A stretch of DNA of 29,929 nucleotides from a virus (taxonomy: Duplodnaviria > Caudoviricetes), in IMG/VR virus record IMGVR_UViG_3300017911_000323, positions 1-29,929 of that record; one strand, given 5' to 3'. Positions 26,922-29,929 of this stretch are shown here, in pieces; the stretch's first letter is position 1; each line of letters opens with the position of its first letter. The notes beneath the pieces were generated by a model. That model was not told the origin of the DNA and did no database searches. It was given only the letters and a program-made list of their open reading frames with translations. A program made the position numbers and the translations under genes.

Positions 26922-27954
26922 GCAATTAGCAGAACTTCTAGCTGAAGTTGAAAGCGATAAAATCAAAGAGCTTAAAGATACGAATGAAAGGTTATTAAAA
27001 CAAATCGATAAGCTTAAAGATAAAAAAGCTGACTTAGTAGAAGCTGTTTATCGTGGAGCGAAAGATGGAATGTCTACGCTGTCGCTACCAAAAATACAGA
27101 AACCAGTCAAGACAACTTCTAAGAAAGGAGAAGAAATCTGTGTTCCATTGTTATCTGATATACAGTTAGCAAAGAGAACATCTACATACAGCACAGAAGT
27201 TGCAGAGGAAAGAGTGGTTAGGTATGCAGAAAAGATTGTCAAGATTGCAAGGATACAAAGAGCTAATCACATTGTAAAGAGATGTGTAGTCTTTGCACTC
27301 GGTGACATCATTGAAGGAGAACTTATATTTCCTGGTCAGGCACATGAGATAGATAGTTCTTTATATAGACAAGTAACAGTTGATGGTCCAAGAATACTAT
27401 CAAAGTTCTTTAATATTCTGTTATCAGAGTTTGAAGAAGTTGAATGTCATTGGGTCATAGGTAACCATGGTGCATTAGGAGGAAGGTCAAGAAGGGATTA
27501 TAATCCTGAATCTAATGCAGATAGAATGTTAGGAAAGATACTTCAAACTATGTTTGATAAACAACCTAGAATGAAGTTCCATGTTCCAGAAAAATCTTGG
27601 TACACAGTAGCAGACCTTGGTGTTAAAGCTAAGTTCCTATTGTTTCATGGCGATAACATTAGAGGAACAATGGGCGTTCCTTTCTATGGATACAATAAAA
27701 AAATACTAGGTTGGAAGTCACTAGGTTCTGCTGGATTAATGGAAGAATTTACACATGCAGTTTGTGGTCACTACCATACACCTACACATCTATACATTAA
27801 TGATGTAAGAGTCTGGGTTAATGGAAGTACTGAAAGCCATAATCCTTATGCACAGGAACAACTAGCAAGTATGGGAAGACCATCTCAATATACATTGTTT
27901 GTTAAACCTAGCAAGGGTGTAACTGCTGAGTACCTAGTGGATTTGGAGGAGTAA
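26899..27954 (+). CDS. Calcineurin-like metallophosphoesterase/nuclease with N-terminal coiled coil
   Basis: LSDIQ, LGDIIEG, IGNHG, FHGD and CGHYH motifs. Confidence 0.9.
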   Translation: MSLSKKDKQLAELLAEVESDKIKELKDTNERLLKQIDKLKDKKADLVEAVYRGAKDGMSTLSLPKIQKPVKTTSKKGEEICVPLLSDIQLAKRTSTYSTEVAEERVVRYAEKIVKIARIQRANHIVKRCVVFALGDIIEGELIFPGQAHEIDSSLYRQVTVDGPRILSKFFNILLSEFEEVECHWVIGNHGALGGRSRRDYNPESNADRMLGKILQTMFDKQPRMKFHVPEKSWYTVADLGVKAKFLLFHGDNIRGTMGVPFYGYNKKILGWKSLGSAGLMEEFTHAVCGHYHTPTHLYINDVRVWVNGSTESHNPYAQEQLASMGRPSQYTLFVKPSKGVTAEYLVDLEE

Positions 27955-28094
27955 TGGGTACAGTAGAAGCTATAGAGTTTGCAGGTGTGGGTACTATCCC
28001 ACACCTTGTAATCAAGATAGATGGGGTATATGAGTATGTGCCTGTAAAAACAGGTATAACAAAAATAGTTAACATTAAATTAGAAGAAGAATAA
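27954..28094 (+). CDS. 46-aa hypothetical protein MGTVEAIEFAG...
   Basis: TAATG coupling, GGAGGAG RBS; below ORF-track cutoff. Confidence 0.7.
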   Translation: MGTVEAIEFAGVGTIPHLVIKIDGVYEYVPVKTGITKIVNIKLEEE

Positions 28095-28117
28095 AATGGA
28101 TATGTCAAGGAGGTTGA

Positions 28118-28894
28118 ATGCCAAATTTTAATTTAGAAGAATATGAGTTAGTTGAAGACCGACTCAAAGCATTTTGGAAAGAAAATCCAAATGGAAATAT
28201 TAATACAGAAGTTGTCCACATTACTGATGATGGAACTTGTGTGACTATAAAAGCAACAGTATATATATTCAATGAAGATGAAAGTATAGTTGCAGTATCT
28301 ACAGGTATAGCACAAGAAACAAAAGGTCAAGGTGGCTTTGCTAACAAAGATGCTTGGGTAGAGAACTGCGAGACATCTGCTATTGGTAGAGCTTTGGCTA
28401 ATTGGAAGTATCAAGGTAGTAACAAAAGACCATCAAGAGAAGAGATGTCAAAAACGCAGAGTGCAGAAAAGGTCACTGAAAGTAAACCAGCACCGACATA
28501 TCAGGAGAAGAAAGCAGATGTACCTAGTACCCCTAATGCATCTGCCGAATCTCCTGTTGAACAAATTAAAGATGCTGGCTTTGGTGATAGAAAAACAGAC
28601 AAGCATCCTACAGGAGAACCTGCATTAAATGATAAAGGTTTGCAATGTATCTGTGGTGCTAGAGTCAACTACATAAAAGCTGAAGAAAAGAAATCACCAA
28701 AGAGTCCAGACTTCAGATGTTCTGCTATGGGTCAATGCACAGCAGGAGATACTGTAGATGGAAAAGTATTTGCAAAGTCATGGTGGATGGATAATAAACA
28801 AACTCCAGAATCATGGAAAGATTTTGCAGCAGTTCAAAATGGAATTAAGTTACCAGATGTCAAGACACTTGATGATGGTGATTTACCCTTTTAA
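28118..28894 (+). CDS. Rad52/Sak-like ssDNA-annealing protein with C-terminal Zn domain and SSB-like DLPF tail
   Basis: ENCETSAIGRALA motif; CICG...DFRC...C; ends DDGDLPF; AAGGAGG RBS. Confidence 0.7.
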   Translation: MPNFNLEEYELVEDRLKAFWKENPNGNINTEVVHITDDGTCVTIKATVYIFNEDESIVAVSTGIAQETKGQGGFANKDAWVENCETSAIGRALANWKYQGSNKRPSREEMSKTQSAEKVTESKPAPTYQEKKADVPSTPNASAESPVEQIKDAGFGDRKTDKHPTGEPALNDKGLQCICGARVNYIKAEEKKSPKSPDFRCSAMGQCTAGDTVDGKVFAKSWWMDNKQTPESWKDFAAVQNGIKLPDVKTLDDGDLPF

Positions 28895-28944
28895 TTAAAA
28901 CAAGCAAGAGCCGAGGTAGAAAGGATAACACCCTCGGCTTTGCT
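28895..28944 (-). terminator. Terminator between convergent operons, 15-nt loop reads anti-SD on the minus strand
   Basis: agcaagagccgagg/cctcggctttgct stem followed by TGTTTT on the minus strand. Confidence 0.75.
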
Positions 28945-28948
28945 ATAA

Positions 28949-29158
28949 CTATCGAGAAACTTTTTTAACTGGTGTAGATACTTTTTTCTTAGCAAATGAC
29001 TTCAACACAGATAACACAGCAGCACCACCAGATAAGGCAGCAACTTCTAATGTACTTATGTCAACACCTAATGCAGGTGTTATGACAAGTGTTGAAGCAA
29101 ATGTTTCTACGAATGTCCAGAGACATCTCTCTAATAAGTCTTTATATTCTTCACTCAT
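28949..29158 (-). CDS. Holin, r1t-like family
   Basis: LLERCLWTFVETF..., two hydrophobic segments, basic tail, next to endolysin. Confidence 0.8.
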   Translation of the reverse strand: MSEEYKDLLERCLWTFVETFASTLVITPALGVDISTLEVAALSGGAAVLSVLKSFAKKKVSTPVKKVSR

Positions 29159-29772
29159 TGTATTAGTCTTCCTAACTTTAACTTGTTTTGTATATCTTCT
29201 AGTATATCAATAATCTTATCCATTTTCTCTTCAAAGCTTTGTGGTATATAGTTTGCTGGTGGACTATCGTTGCTTACTTCTGGAACAATCAATCCTTCTA
29301 CTATCTTTTGTCTCCATGCATCACCAGGACAACTTGTTTGCTTAAACGAGGAGTGAGGTCTTAGTTCTCCACCAACTTGTTCGTGTAACCACTTAACAGA
29401 TTTAATAGCTTTATCTGAAGGTTTGTCGGTAGGTTTGCTACCACCAAGCCAACACACAGCAACATAATGCTTATTGTTGTAGTTAATCTCTTGCCTAGAG
29501 TTACCACCTTGTGCTGCACTTCTGTTTCCAAATCCTCTCCCTTCATATATCTGACCTGTATCTCCTACTAAAAAGTTATAAGCTATATCATTCCAACCTC
29601 TGTCAACTTGATGTAACCTTTGTATTGTCTTACACTGGTCCATCTCTGCTTGATTACCTATTGCTATAGGATAAGCAGACCAGTGTATTACTAAGCCTTT
29701 GACTTCTCCTAGTTTACTAAACCTAGTTTTATTAGGCTTAGCACCCCAACTATCTCTTGATATTATATTCAT
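29155..29772 (-). CDS. Endolysin, N-acetylmuramoyl-L-alanine amidase (Amidase_2/PGRP-like)
   Basis: IISRDSWGA, VIHWS, RGWNDIAYNFLV..GQIYEGRG, PH...TSCPG. Confidence 0.93.
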   Translation of the reverse strand: MNIISRDSWGAKPNKTRFSKLGEVKGLVIHWSAYPIAIGNQAEMDQCKTIQRLHQVDRGWNDIAYNFLVGDTGQIYEGRGFGNRSAAQGGNSRQEINYNNKHYVAVCWLGGSKPTDKPSDKAIKSVKWLHEQVGGELRPHSSFKQTSCPGDAWRQKIVEGLIVPEVSNDSPPANYIPQSFEEKMDKIIDILEDIQNKLKLGRLIQ

Positions 29773-29927
29773 TAGCCACCTATCTTAAATAATAGTTCTG
29801 TAAAATTACTTTCTAACATATCTAGTTCAGCATTCATCTCATTAACCATAAGGTCACAGCCTAACTGATGTTGTTTTATTTCCTCTATTGAGTTAAACAC
29901 CCAACCAAATGCACCAAGCATAGCTGA
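29772..29927 (-). CDS. Partial small membrane/coiled-coil protein of the lysis region
   Basis: Open frame ..AMLGAFGWVFNSIEEIK..KIGG-stop, TAATG-coupled to the amidase. Confidence 0.6.
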   Translation of the reverse strand, partial: SAMLGAFGWVFNSIEEIKQHQLGCDLMVNEMNAELDMLESNFTELLFKIGG

Positions 29928-29929
29928 TA

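Noticed and set aside
20337-28414. Short minus-strand or out-of-frame ORFs within the plus-strand block, including 26449-26709
   Set aside because: Overlap well-supported genes; the repeated peptide in 26449-26709 merely reflects the duplicated terminator

Overview
AT-rich segment of a tailed dsDNA phage genome. The host is probably a low-GC actinobacterium (inference from a PGRP-like amidase, r1t-type holin, AGAAAGGA-type RBSs and leaderless-style promoters). Layout: (i) 1-19274, minus-strand late block: SET-domain methyltransferase, PD-(D/E)XK-like nuclease, a cluster of tiny Lys/Arg-rich proteins, terminase large subunit with an N-terminal Zn-finger/HTH extension, portal, a 2524-aa virion protein with nested SLOG/ASCH/NADAR-like inserts, further virion proteins and a GH24 lysozyme. 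(ii) 19275-20165, divergent non-coding control region. (iii) 20166-28894, plus-strand presumed early block: unknown proteins, Zn-ribbons, a MoxR-type AAA ATPase plus VWA partner, a metallophosphoesterase and an ssDNA-annealing protein, with no recognisable polymerase, primase, helicase or integrase. (iv) 28949-29929, minus-strand lysis genes. The most striking unexplained signal is non-coding. At 21743-22008 there is a chain of four interlocked long hairpins with 32-35 nt variable loops, whose non-Watson-Crick pairs are all G-U on the + strand. Separate hairpins at 19607-19680 and 28903-28944, and loop 1 of the chain, carry anti-Shine-Dalgarno sequences complementary to this phage's own translation-initiation regions. 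Together these suggest an undescribed phage small-RNA array/antisense system. All protein family calls are by motif recognition; no database search was run.
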